61,226 bases of DNA from Acutalibacteraceae bacterium (GCA_045594105.1 JAZNXY010000091.1:1-61226); one strand, 5' to 3'; positions 28,418 to 36,089 are shown, counted from the first letter of the stretch. Translations and numbers: made by a program. Notes: generated by a model from the sequence alone, not told the origin.

Positions 28418-31222
28418 ATGAAAAAATTATTATCTGTAACGCTGTGTTTGCTGATGCTTGTGTCATTTGTTCCGACGGGTGTTTTCAGCATTACCGCCAG
28501 TGCGGCGACAAGCGGCACGACGGGCGACTGTACATGGACGCTGAATGGTACGGTGCTGACCATTTCCGGCAACGGCGCGATGGAGAATTATTATTATCAT
28601 GATTTTAAGGTTCCGTGGGGTAAAAATATCGCTAAAGTGATTATTGAGAACGGTGTCACAAGTATAGGACAGGATGCATTTTACAATTGCGCTGCGCTCA
28701 CATCCGTGACTATCCCTGACAGCGTCATCTCCATTGGTAGTTGTGCGTTTCGATATTGCTCTACACTTTTGTTGATAGAAATCCCAGATAGCGTGACAGT
28801 CATCGGCGCGTATGCGTTCGATGGTTGCAGGACACTCACCGATATCATAGTAGATACGAATAATACGATTTGTTGTGATGTTGACGGTGTATTATTTAAT
28901 AAAGATAAAACGGCAATCCTTCGTTACCCTGCCGGGAAAACAGCAACGACGTATAGTATCCCCGATGGCGTAACAACTATCGGTGAAAGTGCGTTTTCCG
29001 GTTGCGATGCGCTCGAAACGGTGACCGTTCCCAGTGGTGTGAAAACCATCGGTGCGCTTGCGTTTGTTAATTGTATTGCACTCAAAACAATTACTATCCC
29101 CGATAGTGTGACTGCCATCGGCCAAGATGCGTTTTACGAAACGGTATACTATAACGATGTAAACAACTGGAAAAACGGTGCGTTGTATATCGACAATCAT
29201 TTGATTAAGTTAGAAGATACATTTTCGGGTGCATATACCGTTCGAGCGGGGACAAAAACGATTACAAGTGCGGCTTTTTCTTTTTGCACTGCACTTAAAA
29301 CAATTGTCATTCCCGATAGTGTGACTACCATCGGTGAAGAAGCGTTTTACGGTTGCACCGCGCTTAAAAATGTATGGTATACAGACGCCGACCGCAGTGG
29401 TATTTTTATCAAAGACGGTAATAATGAACTGATAAACGCCACTTGGCACTACAACACCTGCAAGAATGAACACGTCTATGTGTCCGCGTGTGACGCGTAT
29501 TGTGAATTGTGCGAGTGGGTGAGAATGGGTGTGGGTGAGCATACGTACGACAACGACTGCGATGCGGTTTGTGTATGTGGCTATGTGCGTGTCGTAAATC
29601 CGCACGAATACACAACTTCGAAGTTTAATGAAACGGGTCATTGGAGCGAATGTGCCTGCGGTGAGAAGGACGCAGTATTCTCGCACGCGTATGACAACGA
29701 TTGCGATATCACTTGCGCTTGTGGCTATGCGCGTGTCGTAGATCCGCACGAATATACAACTTCGAAATATGATGAAACAAATCATTGGAAGGAATGTGCT
29801 TGCGGTGAGAAAGATACCGTGTTACCGCATGTGTATGATAGTTGGTGGAGCCCGTGTAACATCTGCGGTTATATCCGCACCGATCTTAACAAAACGGGAG
29901 ACTGTTATTGGAAAACAGACGGTACGATTCTCACAATCGGTGGCAACGGCGCGATGGCGGATTATGACTATTGGCATGACAATTTAACTCCATGGGGAAT
30001 AGGGATTACTGCAGTGATTATCGAAGATGGCGTGACTTCCATCGGCAAAGATGCGTTTTACAATTGTCGTGCACTCGTTTCGGTCGCTATTGGCAACAGC
30101 GTGACCACCATCGGTGACAGCGCGTTTGAATATACCGCACTCACGTCAGTAGAGATCCCTGACAGCGTGACCACCATCGGCAATTCTGTATTTTACTATT
30201 GCTTTGCATTGGAAACAGTGATTATCCCCGATAGTGTAACCGCCATCGGTGCAGGAGCATTTGCCTATACTGCGTACGATAGTAATACAAGCAACTGGGA
30301 AAATGATGTATTGTATGTCGGCAACCATTTAATCACGGCAAAAGATACGGTTTCGAGTGCATACATTGTTCGGGCGGGCACCAAAACTATTGCGGGGCAT
30401 GCATTTTACTATTGCTCCGCGCTTAAATCGGTGACTATTCCTGATAGCGTGGCTACCGTTGGCGATGAAGCGTTTTACGAATGTACTGCTCTCAAAGATG
30501 TATGGTATACAGGTACTAACCGCAGCAGCATTTCGATTGGAGATGGCAACGTAGATCTTATCACCGCCACCTGGCACTATAACGTCCCGACAAACGGTTG
30601 GTATAAAGCGGACGGCGAATGGTATCGTTTCGAAAACGGCGCTATGGTAAATAATGCCTGGAGAAAAGACTCTGTCGGTTGGGTATACTTAGGCGCTGAC
30701 GGTGCGATGTTGACCAATTCTTGGTGTAAAGACTCCAAAGGTTGGTGCTATGTTGGTGCCAACGGCTATGCGGTCACCAACTGCTGGAAGAAAGACTCTG
30801 TGGGTTGGATTTATCTTGATAAAAACGGCTCTATGACCAAATCCGCATGGGTAAAAGACGGCGGTAAATGGTATTATTTGGATGCCAATGGCTATATGGC
30901 AGCCAACACGTGGAGAAAGGACTCGGTGGGTTGGGTATATCTCGGCTCTAACGGTGCAATGCTGACCAATTCTTGGTGTAAAGACTCCAAAGGGTGGTGT
31001 TACGTAGGCGCTGACGGCTACGCGGTAACCAATTGCTGGAAGAAAGACTCTGTAGGTTGGATTTATCTTGACGCCAACGGCTCTATGACCAAATCTGCAT
31101 GGGTACAAGACGGCGGCAAGTGGTACTATCTTGATGCCAACGGCTATATGGTAGCGAACAAAACACTCACCATCGGCGGCAAAAAATACACCTTCAACGC
31201 TTCCGGCGTTTGGGTAGGTTAA
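28418..31222 (+). CDS. secreted cell-surface protein with two BspA-type leucine-rich-repeat modules, Cys/His-rich repeats and C-terminal cell-wall (choline)-binding repeats
   Basis: ORF 28352-31222 trimmed to ATG 28418 (MKKLLSVTLCLLMLVSFVPTGVFSITASA signal peptide). LRR_5-like units recur (IPDSVTxIGxxAFxxCxxL). The motif H.YDNDCD..C.CGY.R occurs three times. The tail contains GW-x-YL..NG.M-type CW_binding_1 repeats. Confidence 0.85.
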   Translation: MKKLLSVTLCLLMLVSFVPTGVFSITASAATSGTTGDCTWTLNGTVLTISGNGAMENYYYHDFKVPWGKNIAKVIIENGVTSIGQDAFYNCAALTSVTIPDSVISIGSCAFRYCSTLLLIEIPDSVTVIGAYAFDGCRTLTDIIVDTNNTICCDVDGVLFNKDKTAILRYPAGKTATTYSIPDGVTTIGESAFSGCDALETVTVPSGVKTIGALAFVNCIALKTITIPDSVTAIGQDAFYETVYYNDVNNWKNGALYIDNHLIKLEDTFSGAYTVRAGTKTITSAAFSFCTALKTIVIPDSVTTIGEEAFYGCTALKNVWYTDADRSGIFIKDGNNELINATWHYNTCKNEHVYVSACDAYCELCEWVRMGVGEHTYDNDCDAVCVCGYVRVVNPHEYTTSKFNETGHWSECACGEKDAVFSHAYDNDCDITCACGYARVVDPHEYTTSKYDETNHWKECACGEKDTVLPHVYDSWWSPCNICGYIRTDLNKTGDCYWKTDGTILTIGGNGAMADYDYWHDNLTPWGIGITAVIIEDGVTSIGKDAFYNCRALVSVAIGNSVTTIGDSAFEYTALTSVEIPDSVTTIGNSVFYYCFALETVIIPDSVTAIGAGAFAYTAYDSNTSNWENDVLYVGNHLITAKDTVSSAYIVRAGTKTIAGHAFYYCSALKSVTIPDSVATVGDEAFYECTALKDVWYTGTNRSSISIGDGNVDLITATWHYNVPTNGWYKADGEWYRFENGAMVNNAWRKDSVGWVYLGADGAMLTNSWCKDSKGWCYVGANGYAVTNCWKKDSVGWIYLDKNGSMTKSAWVKDGGKWYYLDANGYMAANTWRKDSVGWVYLGSNGAMLTNSWCKDSKGWCYVGADGYAVTNCWKKDSVGWIYLDANGSMTKSAWVQDGGKWYYLDANGYMVANKTLTIGGKKYTFNASGVWVG
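30659..31162 (+). repeat. intragenic tandem duplication, 2 x 252 nt (84 aa), within the cell-wall-binding region
   Basis: WRKDSVGWVYLGADGAMLTNSWCKDSKGWCYVGANGYAVTNCWKKDSVGWIYLDKNGSMTKSAWVKDGGKWYYLDANGYMAANT is repeated nearly identically from 30911. The copies are similar but not identical at the nucleotide level. Confidence 0.85.
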
Positions 31223-31226
31223 ATGA

Positions 31227-31266
31227 CAAAAAACGGTGTGCCGAATATTCGACACACCGTGTTTTT
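31227..31266 (+). terminator. intrinsic terminator of the LRR gene
   Basis: ACGGTGTG - CCGAATATTCGA - CACACCGT, flanked by an A-run and a T-run. Confidence 0.85.
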
Positions 31267-31284
31267 GTTGTTTTTGGTGTTGGT

Positions 31285-31673
31285 GTAGGGCGGGTATTCC
31301 CCTAACAGGGGAATACCCGCCCTACATACACAATTCGAATGACATCGTAGGGGCGATTCACGAATCGCCCGCCGCAACAGCACCAAATCGTCCCGAAATG
31401 CTACAATGCGGTGTGGATAAATCCGCACCCAACAAAGAAGTGTGTGAAAATATCAGGGTGTAGGGAATGGATTTATCCATTCCGCAAACGGCACCAAACG
31501 GGCGACCAATATTTCAGGTGCGACTTAAGCGTTAGCGGGCGTCGACGGAGTACGCAAGGCGTACTCCAATTTATCCATTCCGCAAACGAAAAAACGGCAG
31601 GAGTAAGCCTTTCCAAGGCAGGCACCCCTTTGTCCTTCGGACATTTCCCCTGTTAGGGGAATACCTGCCCTAC
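31285..31673 (+). repeat. array 2 of the same hairpin-repeat family (more degenerate)
   Basis: 31285-31325 is a perfect 18-bp palindrome, GTAGGGCGGGTATTCCCC-TAACA-GGGGAATACCCGCCCTAC. Position 31347 begins GTAGGGGCGATTCACGAATCGCCCGCC, which is 27 nt identical to 28023-28049. Further hairpins are GGTGTGGAT/ATCCGCACC, GTAGGGAATGGAT/ATCCATTCC and GGAGTACGC/GCGTACTCC. The array ends ...AGGGGAATACCTGCCCTAC at 31673. Confidence 0.75.
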
Positions 31674-31776
31674 ATTGTTAATATGGACGTCAGCGCATCC
31701 CCAACCGTACCCACTTTACGGGAATTTTTTGTATAAAAGGCGTTTTGGTTACATACAATGCCGTGAGGTGAACTGT

Positions 31777-32250
31777 ATGAGGATAAAATGGAAACAACTG
31801 ATTATTGCGGTGCTCATACCGCTTGTGGTTGGCGGTGTTTCGGCGCTGCTGACAAGAAATGCTATGATGACCTTTGATACGTTGCAAAAGCCGCCGTTGT
31901 CACCGCCTGCGTGGGTATTTCCCGTGGTGTGGACCATTCTGTATACACTTATGGGTATTGCGTCCTATTTGGTGTACGTAACACCTGCTTCGCGCATTGA
32001 CAAAGACGGTGCTTTGACGGTGTATGGGCTGCAATTGGCAGTTAACTTTTTGTGGTCGATTATCTTTTTCAATTTGGAAATGTACCGCTTTGCTTTTGTA
32101 TGGTTAATGTTGCTGTTGTTGTTGGTTATCATTACGGCAGTGCGTTTCTATCGCATTAACAAAGCAGCAGGATGGCTATTTATACCGTATATCGTGTGGC
32201 TATTGATTGCTGCGTACTTAAATTTTCAAATTATTGTGTTAAACCCTTGA
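31777..32250 (+). CDS. tspO: TspO/MBR family tryptophan-rich sensory protein
   Basis: ORF 31675-32250 trimmed to ATG 31777 (MRIKWKQLIIAVLIPLVVGG). Contains PPAWVFPVVWTILY and LAVNFLWSIIFF, with 5 TM segments. Confidence 0.85.
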   Translation: MRIKWKQLIIAVLIPLVVGGVSALLTRNAMMTFDTLQKPPLSPPAWVFPVVWTILYTLMGIASYLVYVTPASRIDKDGALTVYGLQLAVNFLWSIIFFNLEMYRFAFVWLMLLLLLVIITAVRFYRINKAAGWLFIPYIVWLLIAAYLNFQIIVLNP

Positions 32251-32275
32251 CAAAGTTGTCGCAATGTGTTACTAT
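32247..32275 (+). promoter_or_regulatory. consensus sigma-A promoter of the glycine riboswitch and symporter unit (overlaps the tspO stop)
   Basis: TTGACA (32247-32252), 17-nt spacer, TACTAT (32270-32275). Confidence 0.6.
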
Positions 32276-32303
32276 ACGTCGGTAAAACAGCATAAGTAAC
32301 GCC

Positions 32304-32469
32304 ACTTGCAGGAAAGTGACAGTTTCTGTCCGCCGAAGGAATAACGCTCTCAGGTGTCCGAAAGGATGAGGACTGTAAGTTGGTAGAACTTTGGAGAAGC
32401 TCGTTTTTCACGAGTGCCGAAGGTGCAAGGCGGGGAATCCCGTTAATCTCTCAGGCAAAAGGACAAAGT
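32304..32469 (+). promoter_or_regulatory. tandem glycine riboswitch (two aptamers)
   Basis: Aptamer 2 reads CUUUGGAGAAGCUCG...GUGCCGAAGGUGCAAGG...CUCUCAGGCAAAAGGACAAAG, which matches the GGAGA...CCGAAGG.GCAA...CUCAGGCAAAAGGAC consensus. Aptamer 1 (CAGGAAAGUGAC...CGCCGAAGGAAUAACGCUCUCAGGU...AAAGGAUG) is more divergent. The location upstream of an AGCS-family symporter is the classical context. Confidence 0.8.
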
Positions 32470-32511
32470 TTTCACCCCTTTTTTATTGGTAGGGGTATCT
32501 TTGTATTGTCT

Positions 32512-32546
32512 GTCAGGTCGCTTTGTATCGCGGCCTGACTTTTTTA
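32512..32546 (+). terminator. riboswitch expression-platform terminator
   Basis: 10-bp stem GTCAGGTCGC / GCGGCCTGAC (one G-U pair), followed by TTTTTT. Located 25 nt upstream of the symporter start. Confidence 0.7.
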
Positions 32547-32570
32547 TTTTTGAGGGGGATGTAAAATATC

Positions 32571-34118
32571 ATGGAAAACTTTATGCAACAAGTCACCGAT
32601 GTGAACGGCGCTGTGAACGGTGTCGTGTGGGGACCTTTCGGTCTTTTCTTACTCATCGGTACGGGCATCCTGATGACCTGTGTTACAAAGTGTTTTCAGG
32701 TTTCCCATTTGAAGCTTTGGTGGAAAAAGACGGTTGGCAGTCTGTTCACCAAAAAGGTTATGAGCCACGTGAAGGAAAAAGGTACCATTTCGCCGTTCCA
32801 GGCACTGTGTACCGCTCTTGCCGCTACCGTTGGTACCGGTAACATCGCAGGTGTTGCCGCCGCTATCGCTATTGGTGGTGCGGGTGCGGTGTTCTGGATG
32901 TGGGTTGCCGCGTTCTTCGGTATGTTAACCAACTTTTCCGAAAACGTACTCGGTATCTTCTATCGCCGCAAAAACAGCGAAAACGAATGGTCCGGCGGTG
33001 CGATGTACTACTTAAGAGATGGCCTGGGTGCAAAAAAAGGGTGCAAGTGGGTCGGCAAAGTCTTGGCGGTGTTGTTCTGCTGCTTTACCTTGCTCGCTTC
33101 CTTCGGCATCGGCAGTATGGGTCAGGTAAATAAGATTGTCGCTAACGTAGCGGCTGCTTTTGATATCTCTGCGTTGTCTTCTATCAACGTTGTTGGTGAC
33201 GTAAACCTGTACAGCTTGGTACTTGGTGTTATCATTATGGCGTTGGTTGCAGTTATCACCATCGGCGGTGTAAAACGCATTGCTAACGTTGCAGAAAAAA
33301 TCGTTCCGTTTATGGTTGTTTTGTTTGTGCTCGGTAGCTTGGTAATCATCGGTGTGAACTATCAGGCAATCATCCCGGCGTTCAAAGCCATTTTTGTGAA
33401 TGCTTTCAGCCCTGAGGCCTTTGTTGGCGGCGGTATCGGCGGCGTTATCGTAGCTATGACCAACGGCTTCAAACGCGGCGTATTCTCCAACGAAGCAGGC
33501 CTTGGTTCTTCGGTTATGGTTCACTCCAACGCTAACGTAAAAGAGCCGGTACAGCAGGGTATGTGGGGTATCTTTGAGGTGTTTGCTGATACGATGGTTG
33601 TTTGCACTATGACCGCTTTGGTTGTATTGACTTCCGGCGGTTTGAACGGCGGCGTATTCAATGCTTCGACCGGTGAAATCGCTGCGGGTTATACCGATGC
33701 GACTTTGGTTGGCGGCGCATTTAACACCATTCTCCCATGGGGCGGCTTGGGTGCTAAATTCATTGCTGTTGCGATGTTCTTATTTGCATTTACCACCGTT
33801 CTCGGCTGGTCGCATTACGGCTCTAAAGCTTGGGAATATCTCTTTGGTGCAAAAACCACCATCATCTTCAAAATCATTCACGTAATCACCGTTATCTTCG
33901 GTGCGGTCTTGACATCTTCTCTCGCTTGGGATATTTCGGACACCTTCAACGGTTTGATGATGATCCCCAACTTGATTGGTGTGGTTGTGCTGTTCCCGTT
34001 GGTAATGAAGATTACCAAAAACTACGTAGACCGTCATTTGCGCGGCAAGGATGTATCTCCGTTGCTGTCTTATGACCCCGAAACGCAGGCAATGATGGAA
34101 ACCCATCCGGATGACTAA
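32571..34118 (+). CDS. agcS: alanine/glycine:cation (sodium) symporter, AGCS family
   Basis: The 515-aa polytopic protein carries the AGCS signature region SPFQALCTALAATVGTGNIAGVAAAIAIGGAGAVFWMW. Confidence 0.9.
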   Translation: MENFMQQVTDVNGAVNGVVWGPFGLFLLIGTGILMTCVTKCFQVSHLKLWWKKTVGSLFTKKVMSHVKEKGTISPFQALCTALAATVGTGNIAGVAAAIAIGGAGAVFWMWVAAFFGMLTNFSENVLGIFYRRKNSENEWSGGAMYYLRDGLGAKKGCKWVGKVLAVLFCCFTLLASFGIGSMGQVNKIVANVAAAFDISALSSINVVGDVNLYSLVLGVIIMALVAVITIGGVKRIANVAEKIVPFMVVLFVLGSLVIIGVNYQAIIPAFKAIFVNAFSPEAFVGGGIGGVIVAMTNGFKRGVFSNEAGLGSSVMVHSNANVKEPVQQGMWGIFEVFADTMVVCTMTALVVLTSGGLNGGVFNASTGEIAAGYTDATLVGGAFNTILPWGGLGAKFIAVAMFLFAFTTVLGWSHYGSKAWEYLFGAKTTIIFKIIHVITVIFGAVLTSSLAWDISDTFNGLMMIPNLIGVVVLFPLVMKITKNYVDRHLRGKDVSPLLSYDPETQAMMETHPDD

Positions 34119-34175
34119 TATGTTTTGGGTTTTAAAAGACAGTCTTGTCTTTATAAAAACACTCGCCTAAAGAGA

Positions 34176-34208
34176 AAAAGGGCATCGATATATCCGATGC
34201 CCTTTTTC
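34176..34208 (+). terminator. intrinsic terminator
   Basis: GGGCATCG - loop - CGATGCCC, followed by TTTTT. Confidence 0.8.
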
Positions 34209-34230
34209 TGATGTTTTTTCGGCAAATCTC

Positions 34231-34259
34231 TTGACAAACGCATAGTGTTTTGTTAAAAT
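34231..34259 (+). promoter_or_regulatory. consensus sigma-A promoter of tRNA-Pro
   Basis: TTGACA (34231-34236), 17-nt spacer, TAAAAT (34254-34259). Confidence 0.6.
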
Positions 34260-34272
34260 GGCTTGGTGATAA

Positions 34273-34349
34273 CGGGGTGTGGCACAGTTTGGTAGTGCGC
34301 TTGGTTCGGGACCAAGAGGCCGTGGGTTCAAGTCCCGCCACTCCGACCA
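34273..34349 (+). tRNA. tRNA-Pro (anticodon CGG), CCA encoded
   Basis: Folded manually. Acceptor stem CGGGGTG/CACTCCG (one G-U pair). D stem GCAC/GTGC with loop AGTTTGGTA. Anticodon stem CTTGG/CCAAG with loop TTCGGGA (CGG at 34307-34309). T stem GTGGG/CCCGC with loop TTCAAGT. Discriminator A plus CCA. Confidence 0.9.
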
Positions 34350-34351
34350 TC

Positions 34352-34390
34352 AAAAAAGAGACACAGGTCAACGACCTGTGTCTCTTTTTT
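34352..34390 (+). terminator. intrinsic terminator of tRNA-Pro
   Basis: 13-bp stem AGAGACACAGGTC / GACCTGTGTCTCT flanked by A6 and T6 runs. Confidence 0.9.
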
Positions 34391-34502
34391 GATATTTGGA
34401 CTAACTGATTACGCAGAGCCCTGCGATGTTTCGCACTTTGTGCGAAACTCGACGGAGTTGCGTGCAGACACTACCGCATTACACACGTGATAGCGCAACT
34501 CC

Positions 34503-34526
34503 AGTTCAAGTCCCGCCACTCCGACC
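34503..34526 (+). repeat. 24-nt exact direct repeat of the tRNA-Pro 3' end (att-like scar)
   Basis: GTTCAAGTCCCGCCACTCCGACCA at 34503-34526 is identical to 34326-34349. It is again followed by a long hairpin (34528-34563). Confidence 0.9.
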
Positions 34527-34620
34527 AATAACAAAAGGGCACCCAAGGGGTGTCCTTTTGTTATTCGTAGAAATGGATGACGCAGGGCCTTTGCATTAAT
34601 TTTTTGTCACATATTGCATT

Positions 34621-34649
34621 CTTTACAAGTATATGATGGAATATTTATA
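34621..34649 (+). promoter_or_regulatory. sigma-A-like promoter candidate of the 424-aa orphan gene
   Basis: TTTACA, 17-nt spacer, TTATAT. An overlapping alternative is TTGTCA (34603), 17-nt spacer, AAGTAT. Confidence 0.4.
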
Positions 34650-34692
34650 TGGTGTTTGCTCACTAACGATTTTTTAGAGAGGATGTACATAA

Positions 34693-35967
34693 ATGTATAC
34701 GTGTTTTATTATCTGTCCCTTTGGCGAATCCGGAACAGAAACCCGTACAAATGCCGATGACCTGCGTGACCTGATTATCCGCCCCGCTTTGGAGCCGTTT
34801 GGCTTCCGTGTGGAACGCGGTGACGATCACGTTGATCAGAGTGAAATTGACAGTGCTGTCATTCGTGCTGTTCAGGAAGCGGATTTGTGTGTCGTGGATA
34901 TCAGTCAATTAAATGCCAACGTGTTTTATGAATTGGGCCGTCGTGACGAAACGGGTAAACCGGTGGTTTTGATCCGATCTGTCAACAGCGAGAAAGCACC
35001 TATGGATATTGCGGCCCGCAGATATGTGGAATATGATTTAGATTCCCGCAGAGGTATTATTGATGCGTGCAACTCGCTGAAAGACTTTGTTGAACCGTTT
35101 GTAAAACAAGGGTTTGAGGCAAGCGGCAGCGGTGCATCTTTGGGTGAGATTGCCGAGATTCTGAAGCGTGTGGAAAGAAAAGTCGACCGTATTAAAGTGG
35201 GCGGCGGTAGTGCTGTGGGCGGTTCTGCGGACATTCCGATGGACGGAGATGTGGATCCGGTAGACCTTCTGAATCTCTCTATGAGACAGAAAAATATTCC
35301 CATGGCAGAAAAAGCAATGAGTATGCTGCAATATCGTATGCAGCGCATCAAATGGCTTGACCAGGTTGTAGAACAGGTTGCGGTTATCGGTTCTGTACCG
35401 GCAGGTAATATCTTGATTGAAAATGCTATGGATTTCGTGGATGATACCGCAACCACCTTCCATCAGAAGGTTGAATACCTGGCTTGCTTGGTAGGCAACC
35501 TGATGAAAACGGATCGTGAAGCAGAAAACTGTGCACTTGTTGAGCAGATGTACGAGTCTATCAAAGCTGTCTCCGATAATCAGGAGGAGGATGACCGCAT
35601 CACTCTGACCAATCAGATGAACAGATTATATTACGGTATTTTTGCCACTACCAGGGAACCCATTTGGCTGGATAAAGCAATCCAGGTATTGGAAGCCGCT
35701 TTGGAAATCGGCGAAAGAGATTTCCTGTACTTCAACCTGTCCATTTGCGAAAATGCCAGAAACAACCCCGGCGACGCACAGCTCGCCCTCGAGCACGCAC
35801 TTCGTTGTATTGAACTGGACGGCGATCAACCCGATGACGCCCATCTGGAACACGCCTGCAAGCTGCTGCACGAATTTGAGGATCCCCGCTTAATCGACTT
35901 CCTGGATGCTCTGGCAGAAGTAAACCCCATCAAAGCAAAGCTTCTCCGCTCCAAGTGGAACATGTAA
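34693..35967 (+). CDS. hypothetical protein with an N-terminal nucleoside-2-deoxyribosyltransferase/TIR-like Rossmannoid domain and a C-terminal all-alpha (TPR-like) domain
   Basis: ORF with GAGAGGA RBS. The N-terminus is MYTCFIICPFGE...(about 55 aa)...IRAVQEADLCVVDISQLNANVFYELGRRDETGKPVVLIRS. It shows the beta1-PFG start and the ADL.V.D.S..N.NV.YE.G..(K)PV.LI signature that I associate with NDT-like/TIR-like folds, with a conserved Glu in YELG. The remaining 300 or so residues are helical with TPR-like repeats. The domain assignment is inference. Confidence 0.6.
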   Translation: MYTCFIICPFGESGTETRTNADDLRDLIIRPALEPFGFRVERGDDHVDQSEIDSAVIRAVQEADLCVVDISQLNANVFYELGRRDETGKPVVLIRSVNSEKAPMDIAARRYVEYDLDSRRGIIDACNSLKDFVEPFVKQGFEASGSGASLGEIAEILKRVERKVDRIKVGGGSAVGGSADIPMDGDVDPVDLLNLSMRQKNIPMAEKAMSMLQYRMQRIKWLDQVVEQVAVIGSVPAGNILIENAMDFVDDTATTFHQKVEYLACLVGNLMKTDREAENCALVEQMYESIKAVSDNQEEDDRITLTNQMNRLYYGIFATTREPIWLDKAIQVLEAALEIGERDFLYFNLSICENARNNPGDAQLALEHALRCIELDGDQPDDAHLEHACKLLHEFEDPRLIDFLDALAEVNPIKAKLLRSKWNM

Positions 35968-35988
35968 TTTTTATTCCCCTTTATATGC

Positions 35989-36025
35989 AAAAGCCCGATT
36001 CTTTCAAAAAGAATCGGGCTTTTTT
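35989..36025 (+). terminator. intrinsic terminator
   Basis: AAGCCCGATTC - loop - GAATCGGGCTT, followed by TTTT. Confidence 0.85.
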
Positions 36026-36036
36026 GACACACAACA

Positions 36037-36065
36037 TTGACAAACACAATACTTCGTGATACGAT
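36037..36065 (+). promoter_or_regulatory. sigma-A promoter of the padR operon
   Basis: TTGACA (36037-36042), 17-nt spacer, TACGAT (36060-36065). Confidence 0.55.
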
Positions 36066-36089
36066 GTATTATGTGAGAGGAGGTATTGT

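Noticed and set aside
27982-28466. ORFs inside the hairpin arrays: 27982-28173, 28269-28466 and 28282-28572 in array 1, and 31219-31428, 31236-31463 and 31411-31656 in array 2.
   Set aside because: They are read across palindromic repeat units on both strands, which gives recurring peptides such as AIRESPL and GAIHESPA. They have no RBS and overlap terminators and promoters. They are artefacts of the repeats.
28021-31673. Whether the two repeat arrays are CRISPR arrays.
   Set aside because: The units have no constant direct repeat alternating with unique spacers. The conserved parts are short flanks and linkers around variable palindromes, the period (about 90 nt) and layout do not fit, and there are no cas genes or leader in the window.
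34132-34371. 79-aa minus-strand ORF.
   Set aside because: It overlaps the tRNA-Pro gene together with its promoter and terminator, has no RBS and gives an implausible peptide.
34451-34526. A possible second tRNA or pseudo-tRNA ending in the duplicated ...CACTCCGACCA (75 nt, with a CGGAGTT 5' end that could pair as an acceptor stem).
   Set aside because: The T-arm cannot form (TCCAG versus CCCGC), there is no D-arm with the conserved GG, and there is no credible anticodon stem. Only the last 24 nt are tRNA-derived.
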